DNA of 64,000 nt from Antedon mediterranea (taxonomy: Eukaryota > Animalia > Echinodermata): positions 29,422,912-29,486,911 of the forward strand of contig NC_092675.1 in the NCBI RefSeq assembly GCF_964355755.1, in the 5' to 3' direction. This document shows, in pieces, positions 1-14,147 of this stretch. The notes under the pieces are model-generated. The model searched no databases and was not told the origin of the DNA. It saw nothing but the letters and a program-made list of their open reading frames with translations. Numbering within the stretch: the stretch's first letter is position 1; every line of letters begins with the position of its first letter. The translations under genes were made by a program, and so were the position numbers.

Positions 1-22
1 AATAATTAGAGTTGTATCTAAC

Positions 23-550
23 CTTCTGTTTCTGGTTTAAACAGTATAATATTGGAGTTGGCTGGGATACTGAACTCATTACCTTCTCTATCGTCAGCTA
101 AAAATCTTGACTGGTTCTTAACACTATGTATGTATAAAATCTATAGTAGTAGCAAATATATAAAAACAATATTATAAACTAATTTAAATGTCATTAAGAA
201 AAATAACAATGGTGAAATATAAATACTTGAACATCAGAAATAGGCAAAATTAAAGTGCAATTGAAAAAAACACCTTTTGGTTTGAGATTGCAACATCTTT
301 ATATAGATCAAAATAGACTATGAATGAAAATGGTTATATTGCTTGGAAGCAAAATAAAATAAAATAGTAAAAAAAAAAAATTTGTCTTCAAACTTACTTG
401 ATCTTTTTTGTATCCTTCATAAAAATTAGGACCTCGCTTACAACTTACAACTTTAACAATCTTGGGAAAAGATTCTGTTCTGGCCAAATCGCCTGCTGTA
501 AAACTTTGATAGGACCAGGAAGTCTCCGCAAGTTTATCAAACTCTGCCAT
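23..550 (-). CDS. GAREM-like CABIT-SAM adaptor paralog A (partial; exons 1-2, continues off left edge)
   Basis: Exon 1 398-550 (MAEFDKLAETSWSYQSFTAGDLARTESFPKIVKVV...DQ), exon 2 23-140 (ILYIHSVKNQSRFLADDREGNEFSIPANS...), GT-AG sites; homologous to exons 1-2 of paralogs B-I but the most divergent copy. Confidence 0.8.
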
Positions 551-2049
551 GTTTCTACTGTGATATGATATGCATGAGGAAACTAGTAGTAGTGCTTTAT
601 ATAATGTAGTTTATGCTTGTGTAGATAAATACAATCAATTCATTGCTATTTATAGTCACTCTGGAAACACATTTTGTTATTGGTATTTTTAGTGTTCATG
701 GATAATTTTGACCACACAAAATGTATAAGGACTGTGCATATTTTTTTTACATTTATCTTGTGATATAATTTCCCGAAGGATAGTAAAATCAAACCAATAC
801 TTGCTGTCAACTACTGAGACCATTCATTCATAGAAGCATTGATGATGAAAGTTTATATTGTCCTAAGGCATGACTCAACTTCAATAAAATTTGTTTGAAA
901 TTTTAAAATGTTTTGATCAAATCTTTTTGATTTCAAAAAGTCAAGATGAAGTAAAACGATAATACTGTATACATTGTTTAATGAGCTATTATTTTATTTT
1001 ATTGTAGTTAATATTATCATCATGCATTCTGCATTCATGTTACAGTTTATTTCAATACTAATAATCATCCTTAATAGTTATGAAAATGAATATTTGATAT
1101 CAATATTATTTATTTTTCTCGTGGTGCAAACACCAATTTTATTCACATTCATATTATTTCATGTCATTACATAAAATCATATTATTTAACACATTTTTGT
1201 TAATTCTAAATGTCGTTAAAATTCATCAGTAACATTTTTACATTTATGAATTCCGTATTACCTCCTTTTTTCATTAATTTTCTTATATTTTTCTATACAC
1301 TTGACAATGAGCACCATTGTCATCTATCTCGTTTTAAAATATTTCACACATAAGGAATTTGTGAGTTTTTCATTTGTTTGTTTTCATTTTACAACCCGGA
1401 TCAATATTTGTTATTTTATCATCCTTCAAAAACAGTTACAGAAGTAATGTATTATTTTTCGAAAGCTACAAGTATACAATCAAATGAACAAATACAAAAA
1501 AAGCAATGGTATTATGGAAAGTAAGTCAACACGACGTCCAACGCACCATTAAATCTGGATTGGATGTATTTTGCAAATTTTTGGTGTTTCTATTTTGTCT
1601 ATTTTGTAAGTTTTGTATAAGACTTAATATGGTAATTATAAAAAGTACAAAATGATAGAACACAGCTTAAAACAGTTTTTATGAAAAGAAAAAAAATTCA
1701 AACATCTATAAAAATACAACTATATTACAAAACAACTTTAAAAATACAATTACAATGTTAAATTAATAACTCCTTTAAATCCTTGTTATTCTTGTATGAG
1801 TATGTTTCTTATTTATTGCTTAAATGCTTTTTTTGTTTTCATTATATTTGTTTATTGTATGTAAATCAAATGAAAACCAACCAACCAAATTTCAGTTGTA
1901 CCTACAGTAGTTGTAAACATGACAATAATATTTTATAATAAAATTCTCTATAGCGCCCTCTATTTTTGTATATTTAAATTTTGGCACAGTAGTAAATTGT
2001 TACAAAGACTACATGAACACAAAAACAGCTAAAATGGTAATCATAATTT

Positions 2050-5000
2050 TTAACAATTAGGTAACCATTTTTCCTTGATAAACATTTCTAATTTGAGTAT
2101 TTCTAACTCTTTTAAATTAAGTTCTGTCTTCATTATGTTCTGGTCAAGATTCATAAGCAAGTTTCCATCAATCCCAATTTCCTGAAAATCTTGCACATGT
2201 TTGTCTAACTTTAGAAGTTTTAGGCAGTCTTGGACCTGATTACATGTCATGTCAGAGAGATTGTCTGGAAGATCCTCATTAGTTCTGATTCTGTGTTCTT
2301 CTTGAAGCATGATTTCTTTTGCTACAGTGGCTTTTGATTCCTTGTTCCTTGGAGGAGGTTGATGAGACTGACATTGCTTAGTTCTTTGAACATTGCCATT
2401 AACATAAAATGGATCAGGTTTGTTAATTTTCTCAAGATATAGAAATTTATTTGTTGATGTCACGTTCCTTGGAGAAAGCTGAGGAGACTGGCATTGCTTT
2501 GTCTGTTTAACATTTACATTAACATATGGATCATATTTCTTACTTTCCTCAACATATAAACATTTCGATTTCTCAATTTTTAAAAGTAACATTGGAGACT
2601 TAGGTGTTATTTCAACGTTTATACGATATGTCATATCATCATCATGTTTCTTACTTTTTTCATGTACTTTTGTTGTCTTATTTCTTGGAGGTAGCTTTGG
2701 AGAATCATTTGGCTTTTTATGACAATGTACAATTTTAGACATGTATATGTATTCTTCTTCTTTCTTTTCTTGTATGTCTTTAGGTTTGTTTACATGTTCT
2801 GTTTCATCAGATTGAACGGTGTTTTCTTCAGAGGGATGATTCTTAAAGTCATGTATAGATTCATAACTACCATCACTATCAATATCACTATCAATATTGA
2901 TTCCCTCTATTGGTTTAGTAAACAGCTCCTTCTGAAGATATATATTTTGTCCAATTTCAGTTGTTCTTTCTTCATAACTAGTAGAAGCTTCTATTTTGGG
3001 TTTACATTTTCTTTTGTATGATTTCTTTGATGAATTCATAGAGTAAGCATTTACCTCCTTAAATGAACTACTCCTAGCCAAATTCTGATCATCTACCTTT
3101 ATAGAGGTGTAGAATTTTGATCGGATACTTCCTTTATTCTTATCTTTTATTTTTTTAGAAGCGTTACTTTTCTCAGGTCTACATGAGCTATTTTCTTCAA
3201 ACTGGAGTAGTTTTGGCGGACCATTTATAATCATATCTGAAAATGGATTTTATGTGTAATTTCCTATATACTTAAAATAACAAGTTTTTTTTTCAACTAT
3301 TGTAGCTAACTATTACTGACCTAAAATAAACAAGGAAGTAAATATGTTAGACAGTTATGAATCAATACATAAATGATATGAAAGATCTCAACCAACTATT
3401 ACATTTCATGCAAGTTAAAGAAACAAGATTTTTAAAACTTTAAAGATATATTGTTGACCAAAAAACTTGTTTTTTTTTTTCAATTTTGTTGTTGAATATG
3501 CCATTTTAATGTCACATAATAATGGCACTTTGACCAAAAACTGGATCGAAAAAACTTGAAAAAAATTTAATTTTAAACAAAAAATACTTAAATTAAGTTT
3601 TTTTTTTTGTCTTTTTATGAGTGAAATCATTATTATTATTTTTTTTGAGGACAATACATCTTTAAATACACATTAATACATTTACCATAATATATAGACT
3701 TTAGAAAATAAGAAAGTAATTTACCAGGGTTTCCTTGATAACTATTAAATGTACTTTCATTGATGACACCGTGAACAACATCTTGGACATGTTCCTCAAA
3801 TAAAGTTAAACGATCGTCGATACCATCTCCTATCATAAGTGGAACTTGCAGACTTAAGTTACTGCACTCAGTTGGAATACACTCAATTAACTTTTCAGAA
3901 ACACCAGCTAAATTAGAAACATTTTTATCATTTCTATTTTAATGTTGATATAACTTAATTTAGTTTAAATCTAAAGTTATTAATTAGTACAACTTTTGCT
4001 TGAATCACCCTTCCTTTGATTCTAACAAAACAAGTAACAAATGTTTATAAGTTGAATTGGGAGCTTATTTTCATTGTTCTATTTAAAAAGGCAGAAGTGA
4101 CTTCAATAAAAAATGAAATATTCTCTCCATTCAATGAATACAAACATTCATATTACGGTACACACAATAACACATTTTAGATTGGTTTTCCAATGTACAT
4201 CATTGACAAAGAAAATGTATAAAACCTAAGTGTTAAGTAGAAATATAAAGTAGAAGATAATGTTACCTTCTGAAATACATGTTCCTATTATATATTTCAT
4301 CAAGCCCTTTTGTTTGATTGTCAGAACAACCTTGTCGTTCAGTAAATTCGGCAATTTTACGCATTGGAGCGAATGCAACTTTACTTGAAGTGGAAGTTCC
4401 AGATCTTCATGTAAAAACACAACTGAATCTATTTTCAAAATTTAGTGTTATTACTTTAAATAGATAGTTTAAATCAAAGAGTACAGTTTACAAGCATGTG
4501 AAATCAAACAAAAGTGCATATATCCAGGAGAAAAGCAGCCCTGTGTACATCCCCAAGGAAAAGCAGCCAGGACATTAATGATAATGGGAAAAGCAGCCGG
4601 GGTACATCTCCAGGAAAAAATCAACCTAAGGACAAGCATCCCAAGAACAAGCAACCAGGGGACATCTTCAGGAAAATCAGCCAGGGGACATCCCCGGCAA
4701 AAGCAGCCAGGGGACATCCCCGGCAAAAGCAACTCTGGGTAATTGTTTTCGGCCTTCATTGATTTTTCAAGATTACAAAAAAGGGTTTCTTATTAAATAT
4801 GATATTTAATTAGAAATCAACAAAAGTACCTTCTTGCATTTCTACAGTTATTAATCTAATTTCCGAGTTGATAGGGATACTGAACTCGTTGCCGCCTTCA
4901 TCATAAGCCAAAAATCTTAGCTGCTCTTTAATGCTATGTAAATATAATACCTATAGTAGTAAAAATGAATACATTTGTTTTAATATATAACAAATTTCAA

Positions 5001-5277
5001 ATAAATATTTTGATCACCAGCTATGATGATAAGTAAACTATCTTATTATTTTTGACCAGGATTAGTATTTAGTACAATTAAAAAAAGAAATAATGTTTGT
5101 AATTATTGTGTTTAATACCTGATCCGAACAGTAATCCTCGTAGAATCTATCCCCCAATATACTGCTTGATATTTTGACAACAATTGGAAAAGATTTCTCC
5201 TTCTTAGCCAACTCACTTGGTGTATAGTACTTGCTTGACCAGATAACATTTGGAAGCTCCTTGCTTATAATCTCCAT
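2050..5277 (-). CDS. GAREM-like CABIT + Tyr/Pro-rich linker + SAM adaptor, paralog B
   Basis: Exons 5119-5277, 4830-4950, 4267-~4428, 3725-3907, 2050-3236, GT-AG with consistent phases (0,1,1,1). C-terminus LPDNLSDMTCNQVQDCLKLLKLDKHVQDFQEIGIDGNLL...KWLP resembles the GAREM SAM (DLSGLS..EV...L...IDGNLL...GWRP). Linker has PKLPPRN, PYVNV, FYVNG. Confidence 0.88.
4500..4750. repeat. Short GC-richer tandem-repeat insert in intron 2 of paralog B
   Basis: Repeated unit like AAAAGCAGCCAGGGGACATCCCCGG; absent from the equivalent intron of the other paralogs. Confidence 0.6.
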
Positions 5278-6286
5278 TTGGTTGTTATATTTCTATGACC
5301 ACATTTTATGTTCTTAAAATAGGTCACAAGCGTGCAGAGTAAAACTCTTAGAGTTCAACAAAACATCTCTCCCATATAATTCCATGACTAGCTGATGTCA
5401 TAAAAAAAGGTAAATGATAATGTAGGCCATTTCCTAGATATTGCTTTGCAAACCCAATTATAATAATAGCATATGTGTATCTAAATTAACACGGAACTAC
5501 TATATGCAACCTTTATCAGATATTTCAAAGTACTGTAGACACAGTTTAAATAAGCAAACTGTTTATTTTTTTTAAATTACGAGAAATACTGTAGTGTCAA
5601 ATAATTAAATAATTGTACTTCCTTATCAACATTTCGTGTTAATAATAATTTTTATTGACATACACCATTTACATCTGTGGCATCCAATCTATGAAAGATG
5701 CACCAAAACATCAAGATATTAAACAACCAATTTACAATAATGTTCAGAAACTGTAACAATAACAAATAGTCCAAAGAATCTATTTCCTCAAAGGTACAAC
5801 CCACACATCTAACCTTCAAAAATCGGTTTTTAACAGTGTATTATACCATGGTTGAAATTGGTTAACAATAACTTAAATATTAACAGTAACTTAAATTAGC
5901 AATACCAGTACAACATCAATCTGTTTGTTTATTTGGTTTCCCCACACTTAATGCAAACATTGAATACAGATTAATAATGATTTTAAATGAAAATGAGTGT
6001 GGATGGAGATCAAAAAAAGCTATATTGAAACATATTAATCTAAATTGAAATTTATTTCACTTGAATATTGGTATTTCATATTAATGTATTAATTATTATT
6101 AAATATTGTTTAAAAAACATTCAAGAGATAAAAATGTACAGTAATTTGTTTGTAATATGCTATTGTAATCAATGCTATAAGGAAATGGCACTTGGAAGTC
6201 ATCTGGGGATGTTATGACACGTAACAAGTTACTTAATGTAAAAAGGAAACTAATAAGCTTCACATCGTCTTCCTATTCAGGCTTAT

Positions 6287-9200
6287 TTAAACACGAGGTA
6301 ACCATTTATTCTGGATAAACATTTCTAATTTAAGTATTTCAAAATCTGTGAAATGAAGTTCTGACCTCATTATGTTGTGGTCAAGAGACATAAGCAATGT
6401 TCCATCAATTCTATCTTTCTGGAAAACTTTGATATGTTTGTCCAACATTAGTAATTTTAAGCATTCTTGAACCTGCTGGCATGTCATTTCAGAAAGATTT
6501 TCTGGAACATCCTCAATACATCTGATTCTGTGTTCATCTTGAGGTGCCTTCCTTGCAAGAAGTTTTGGATTAATGTCTTGCTTTGAACTTTTGATAGTTT
6601 TATCAAATTCTTGGTATTTAATCCTATCATAATCATCATATCTGTAACAACTGGCTCCACTGTCATAGTTTATTTCTGTAGTGGCATCCTTTTCAAGGTC
6701 AACAACCTCTAATGAATCGTCTTCTTTCCAAAAGGTATTTGCAATAGACTCTTTCTGTTGGTCAATTACCTCTAAATACTCATTCTCTTTCTCCACTGTT
6801 GACTCTTTCTGTTGGTCAATTACCTCCAAATACTCATTCTCTTTCTCCAATGTTGACTCTTTCTGTTGGTCAATTACCTCTAAATATTCATTCTGTTTCT
6901 CCACTGTTGACTCAGTCTGTTGATCAATTACCTCTAAATACTCATTCTCTTTCTCCACTGTTGACTCCTGTTGGTCAATTATCTCTAGATAGTCATTGTC
7001 TTCCACTGTGGACTTCTGTTGGTCAATTATCTCGAGATAGTCATGGTCTTCTTCCACTGTGGACTTCTGTTGGTCAATTATCTCAAGATAGTCATGGTCT
7101 TCTTCCACTGTGGACTTCTGTTGGTCAATTATCTCGAGATAGTCATGGTCTTCTTCCACTTTGGACTTCTGTGGGTCAATTGTCTCTAGATAGTCATTTT
7201 CTTCTTCCACTGTGGACTTTTGTTGGTCAATTGTCTCTAGATAGTCATCGTCTTTCTCTACCATTTTTGCAGTGAACTCTTTCTGTTGGTGAAGTAAATA
7301 ATTCTTTCCCATTCTTACAATGGACTTTAAATAACCGTCTTCATCATCCGACTCTTTCTCCATTATTTCAGAATAAACATCATCATCCTCAGTGGATTCC
7401 TTCTGTGGGTCAATTATCTCTGTATAATCATCTTTGTCTGTGACTTTTCCAGTGAATTTCTGCATGTAAGTTATGTTTTCATAAACGTCATCACTAGTAT
7501 CACTTAGGGGTTCATCTGTAATGTTTTCATAATTGTCATTGTTTCGATGAAGATTTCCTTTATCAACATTCAATAGCTTTTTATCAATTTTTGTAGATTC
7601 ATTTATTTCATCTACTACAGAGTAGTAGTCATCTTGACCACTACTAACGTTGGAGGTATCCTCTGTTTGATGGATGGCCTTTTTCATGTTCATTATTCGA
7701 AACCCCTTTTTCTTTGCTTTTCCTACATCTTCAATTTTAATTAGGTTTGGCAGAGCATTCGCAATAATATCTGAAAGTTAAAATAAATTGTTCTTCATTT
7801 GCATGTAAATGTGAGAAAATAAAACTCAATTTCCAAATCTTTATATAATTAACTTTATTTACCTGAGTTTCCTTGGTAACTGCTAAAAGTTTTCTCATCG
7901 ATGACACTGTGAACATATTGTTCAAATAAAATCAACCGATCATCGGTACCATCTCCTATCATAAGTGCAACCTTTAGACGTAAGCTACTGCACTTGGTTG
8001 GAATACACTCAATAAAGTTTTCAACAGCATCTGATAAAAAGAAACATAATATAATATTTTTCAAAAACTTGGAGACATTCTTTAAAGATTTTTTATTATA
8101 TTTTAACATCCTAAAAATTATATGAATTTGAAGTATATGGCAAGCATGCAAAAAAGTAAAAGAGGTCTTTATTTATAGCCTTGGTACAGAATTTAAACTA
8201 CTGTACTACAAATATATAGTCAATGACATCAATGATAGATTTTAGAAATTACAAATTGTTATTACCTTCTGAGATACATGTTCCCATTAAGTATTTCATC
8301 AAGCCCTTTTGTTTGATTGTCAAAACAGTGTTTTTTTTCTTCACCAGTATTTCTGGTAGTCTTTCGATTGGCCAGCAATTATTTTTCGCTTTAACTTTAA
8401 GAGGAAGTACCATGTCTATATGTAGATATACTGTTTCTATTTTTAGAATAATAAATCAAATTAATATGTAAAACATGTTTGATTTTGGTATCAGGTCTTA
8501 AAACTTGTAATGCAATACAGTGATATATCCACCTAGTACAAGTTGAGAACTTATAATCAATAAAATATGGTTTTTGTTGAACATCAACTAACCTTGTTTG
8601 TCTGCAGTCACAAATGCAATATCAGAGTTGATAGGGATACTGAACTCATTGCCTTCTTCATCGTAAGCCAAAAATCTCAGCTGCTCTTTGATGCTATGTA
8701 TATATAACACCTGTAGTAACAATGACGTTTTACATATCTTTTTATTGCCAGAATAATAATATAATTACATAATTAAGTTTTGACTAAAATAAAATGTATT
8801 TATGAGTCAATCCTATTATAGAATTTTTGCAGAATTTTTTTTTAAAAATCAAAATCAAATAACTTTATTTTGTCCTCAATAGGAAAATATTTTGAGTGTA
8901 TTTCATAGTAATACATACAAATATTTAAAACATTTGGTTAAAAGTATTAAAATATGTAAAAACACTATATATAAGCACTTGCTTTAAAATATAAAAAACA
9001 TCATAATAGTATACGGGTAACAAGGGAAGTCACAAATATACATCATTTTATAGTCTGATGGATTACGGTACAAATGAATTAAAATATCTTTTCGTCTGAC
9101 TATTGCACAATCTCAGCTAATCTAACAATGCTATAAATTTAGTATTTTTAGATATCAAATTATGAACGTTAATTACAAAATGTATCCCTTACTTGATCTG

Positions 9201-9351
9201 TACTATAGTCCTCATAGAATCTATCACCAAGTGTACTGTCAGCTATTTTGACAACAATGGGAAAAGATTTCTTCTTCTTAGCCAACTCACTTGGTGTATA
9301 CCACTTTCGTGACCAGGTAACATTTGTAAGTTTGTCACTTATCATCTCCAT
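6287..9351 (-). CDS. GAREM-like CABIT-SAM adaptor, paralog C (10x YLE[I/V/T] repeat linker)
   Basis: Exons 9193-9351, 8593-8710, 8266-8436, 7863-8030, 6287-7770; last exon checked in frame from its acceptor; 17-18 aa repeats (e.g. QKSTVEEDHDYLEIIDQ); C-terminal SAM. Confidence 0.88.
6740..7260 (-). repeat. Coding minisatellite (51-54 bp unit, ~10 copies) encoding D/E-YLE-I/V/T motifs
   Basis: Visible tandem units such as CTTCTGTTGGTCAATTATCTCGAGATAGTCATGGTCTTCTTCCACTGTGGA. Confidence 0.9.
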
Positions 9352-10507
9352 GATACTTAATGACAAAACTTAATACTTTTTATCAGGAAATAAGAATATG
9401 TTTGAATACCTATTAAAAATCTCAATTAATAGGTAAATATGTACAAGTTTTTCTTAGTACTCTATTATGTCCAATCTTTTTGTTATGGAATCAAGAAAGT
9501 ATTATGCCTATTTTTGTATCAAACAATTCGAATGAAAGAGTATGTTCATTCTGATAGATCCTGGTTTAGGTCCAGTGGCAAAGTCAAAATAATTGTAGTC
9601 AATAGATTTGTTTGTTTGTTTGTCTGTCTATTTGTTTTTTAGAAACATAATCCAAGTTCAAACTTGAACTATCTTTAAGTTCTATTCATATCAAGTAAGT
9701 CAAAGTTTGCATACTCAAGTTAATCAAAGCATTTGATACCTGGTAAACAAAGACTAACTACAATTGTAGACCAATTTTAGAGGCAGACACAATATTATGA
9801 TATCACCTTTATTGAAGCTATAAAAAGGATATTCAAAAGATTAGTTTTTTCCATTTATTTAAGCCGTTTATGCTGTTAGAAAATCATAATATTCATTAAT
9901 AATAATATTCATAAAAAAATGGTTCCATCAAAGAAACACATACCGACATATTCTAAGTTTAAAAAAACTTTGTTATCATAATGAACAATCGATAAAAATA
10001 TTGAAAAAATGTCAATGTACATTTAAAACATAATAGAAAAAATTAAATGTCATTCCTGGCCATATATGCAAGTTCTTTTTGTCCTTTACAACAACTAATC
10101 AATATATTATACAAAATGTACTATAAGATAATTTTTAGTCGCAAACGCAACTGTGCAGCTTACTGTTCTGGTCGGTCGGTAAACACATGTAATGGCCTTG
10201 TTTTACTCCAATACTGTCTCTGATAATAGTTAAAATATACATAAATTAAAGATGAAATGGTTCCACAGAACCATGTAAAGTTTTATAAAGTTGTGGAAAC
10301 CATAATAATAACCATAATAGATTCAAGATTTAAGATTATTTATTTGTCGTCCATAAACTGGAAATCTGACTTTGGCGATTAAACATTAGAAATACATTAA
10401 AACATCAAAATACCAAAAAATGGAAGTAATAAAATAGATAAAAAGTAATCTTAAAAACAAGAGTGTTGAAAATAAGTAATTACCAAAGTGAATAATCAAA
10501 TGTTATA

Positions 10508-13480
10508 TTATGAAACAAGGGGTAACCATTTTTTCTTAATAAACATTTCTAATTTTAACGCTTCAAACTCTGTCAATTTAAGTTTTGTCTTCATTGTGTT
10601 CCGGTCAAGATCCAGAAGTAAGTCTCCATTAATCCCAATTTTCTGAAAGTCATCAATGTGTTTGTCCAACTTTAGTAGTTTTAAGCAGTCTTGTACCTGA
10701 TTACATGACATATCAGAGAGATTATCTGGAAGATCCTCTTTAACTCTGATCCTGTGTTCTTCTGGTGTATTCCTTGGTTGAAGCATTGGAAGAATATTCT
10801 GGATGTCAGTTAGTTTTAAATATCCATCATAATCTATGTAAGTGTCCTTTGAAATGTCATTTATATCTTCATATCCATCACTTTCACTGTTTGTGTCTGC
10901 AGTCATTTTCCTTCTGCTTTTTTGTATGTCAGTTGGCTCTAAATATCCATCATCTATGCAAGTGTCATTATCATCTTCTTCATGTGTATTTCCTTCTCTT
11001 GGATCTTTTTGGATGTCAATGTCTTCATATTCACTATCGTCGCCTCCAACATTTGTAGTTGTACCAGTGAGGTCTTTCTGAATGTAAATCTTGTTCTCAT
11101 AATCTTCATCATTATAACTGTCACCCTCTTCTTCCTCATGTTGGATTACAAGCACATCTTCATAATCATCATCTTCTCTGTAATTGTCATTATTGCCTTC
11201 TTCATTTGCAGTCATTTTCCTTTTGCCTTTGTGGATGTCAGTTACCTCTAAATATCCATCATCATCTATGCAAGTGTCCTTGTTACCTTCTTCATGGGTA
11301 TTACTTTCTCTTGGATCTTTTTGGATGTCAATGTCTTCATATTCACTATCATCACCTACATCTGTAATTGTACCAGTGAGGTCTTTCTGAATGTAAATCT
11401 TATTCTCATAATCTTCATCATTATAACTGTCACCCTCTTCTTCCTCATGTTGGACTACAAGCACATCTTCATAATCATCATCCTCACCCTTGCCCTCATA
11501 TACCTCTTCATAATCATCAGTATCACCAGTTGGGTCAATGACCTCCTCATAATCTGAATTGCTATCATCATTTCCGTCTTCATCTGCCGTAAGGTTTTTT
11601 TTAAGGTAGATTTCCTTTTCATAACTATGGCCACTGTCACATAGGTTTTGACTTTTTTCACCAATGATATTAGAAGCTTTGTCTATATTACGTGTGTATT
11701 TCTTGACATTTTTTCTTTTCCCCTTTGGACGACCATCTATCTTTTCAACTTTACTACAAGCATCATCCTGTGGTTGGCTGGTGCATTTTTTGGGATTCGT
11801 TTGGATGTTCTTTTTCTTTTTATACTTAATAAATCGAAACTTTTTTTTCTTGCCTTTATTTTTTGTATCAGGTTTATTGACATGTGGTTCATTTGAGCTT
11901 TCTTCTATCTCAATTGGCTTAGTAACAATAGTATCTGAAAATTAATTAAATTGATAGATTAGAAAATGATTTGACTTATATCGTCTTGGGTTTGGAGTGT
12001 CTTAAATGAGAAACTAACTATATTAAATTTAGTTCAAATAACAAAACTCATTTGTTGTCATAACTTTTATATGGATGATTAAAAATTTAATTTACCAGGG
12101 TTTCCTTGATAACTGTTAAATGTACTTTCATCGATGACACTGTGAACAACATCTTGGACATGTTCCTCAAATAAAGTTAAACGATCATCGGTACCATCTC
12201 CTATCATAAGTGGAACTTGTAGACTTAAGTTACTGCACTCAGTTGGAATATACTCAATAGTCTTTTTTATACCAGCATCTGATTTAAAAAAACTTAGTTG
12301 TTTTCACAATGTTTAAAGACATTTGATACTGATAGAGTAGTTACAAAGTAATTAAAATATGAGAAACAAAGAGAACTGAAATTGATCTTATGAAATGGAA
12401 ATTGAAATATCCAGGACACATCCTCAGAGACAATGTTTCTAAGCTCCCCATACAGTTTTGGAAGAACTAATAATAATATTGAGTTTGAGATCAAGGGATG
12501 GTGAGAGGTAATGGAGTGATGATGTCAAAATCTGGTGAAATATAAATGCTTCAGCGAAAAATAGAGGTAAATGGAGAATATGGTCTACAATCTTTGATAC
12601 AAAGATGGCATGTCATAATATATAACTATTACCATATTTGATTCCGGCACCATTTTGTGAAAACTATAATATAAATTGGTTTCTTTTATTTTTAAGTCAC
12701 CTAAATATTGTGGGCATCATTCACTGCTGACTTGTTTGAATTGAACTAGAAACTGATTTACCTTCTGAAATGCATGTTCCCATTAAGTATTTCATCAAGT
12801 CTTTTTGTTTGATTGTAAGATTTTTTTCCTCTAACACTAAATCAGGCAATCTGGTATGTTGGTTGCTGTTAACTTTCACTTTAAGTGGAAGTTCCAAATC
12901 TTCATGTAGCAAGACACTTGACTCTGTTTTCAAAATACAAATACAAGTATCGGTTGTATTGATATTTTGGTATCAAATATTACATATGATAGTATAGTAA
13001 TTACTAATAGAAAGTTGACCAACCTTCTTGAATATCTGCAGTTTCCAAGCCAATATCAGAGTTGATTGGGATACTGAACTCATTGCCTTCTTCATCATAA
13101 GCAAAAAATCTCAACTGCTCTTTGACGCTATGTAAATATAATACCTGTAATAATAATGAAAAATGTGATAAATTTATACAATATAAAAGGTAATTATATA
13201 AAGTTTACCATGGGATTACAAATAAAAGGACTGTAACAACTACCACTTAAACTTTTATTTTGAAGTCCTGCATTACAGTAAATAATGAAGTATAATGTTG
13301 TTCATTGAAATTATGTCTTACTTGGCCTGTACTATAGTCCTCATTCAATCCATTGCCTTGTGCGCCCTCTGCGATTTTAACAATTATGGGAAAAGATTTT
13401 CTCTTCTCAGCCAACTCACTTGGTGTATAGTACTTTCTTGACCATTTAACAGTTGTAAGTTCGTCACTTATCATCTCCAT
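10508..13480 (-). CDS. GAREM-like CABIT-SAM adaptor, paralog D
   Basis: Exons 13322-13480, 13024-13144, 12762-12923, 12096-12278, 10508-11934; last exon manually translated open from acceptor; contains ~309-bp internal duplication; DYEEV/DYEDV/EYEDI/DYENK motifs; SAM. Confidence 0.88.
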
Positions 13481-14147
13481 ACTTTCTATCAGGCTTCTAT
13501 TAACTATTGTACCAAAAAAATTTCAATGATTACATTTTATAGCTCAAAGTCTGTAAAGTAAGTCCCTGCCGAATACAAATGTTTTGAATCAGCATTTGTT
13601 GTCAGCAGTTCAGTATGAATAAAAATGCATACACCAAAAGAAAATAAAACGTTTTTATTGTATACTACACAAAGGATTTCAAATTTGAGGTATTCGAATA
13701 TGAATAGTCTATACAACGTAAGTACTAAGAATCAGTACATTATAAACGAGGCACGTGTTGTTTCAACTGTTAAACTATGTGCTTCTTGACTGTACAAGTA
13801 GCTGCATACAAATGCTGCCATAAAATCTTTTGTAATACTGTTTTATAGCATATTATAGGCAATGATTCTGTAATTATATATTAAAGTATGTCAAGGTTTG
13901 TACTTTTAAAAAGTCAATAAAAAAAACTAGTACTTTGATCTATTGTTATATATTGTGGATGAGGAAATCTAACAATAAGTTCCACTGGAATTCCTGTGAT
14001 GTTAATCATTTATTCAAGTCAAACATACAATACTGTTCAAGTTAGTTTGTATAGAATATAAATTTACAATACACGAAAATCCTTTCAGGTTAAAAATTGC
14101 TTGAATTTAATTACCACCACCAGTATCTTCATTTACATATTTTAGAT

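Noticed and set aside
4469-4762. ORFs on both strands in intron 2 of paralog B
   Set aside because: Produced by the GC-richer tandem repeat; not present in paralogs.
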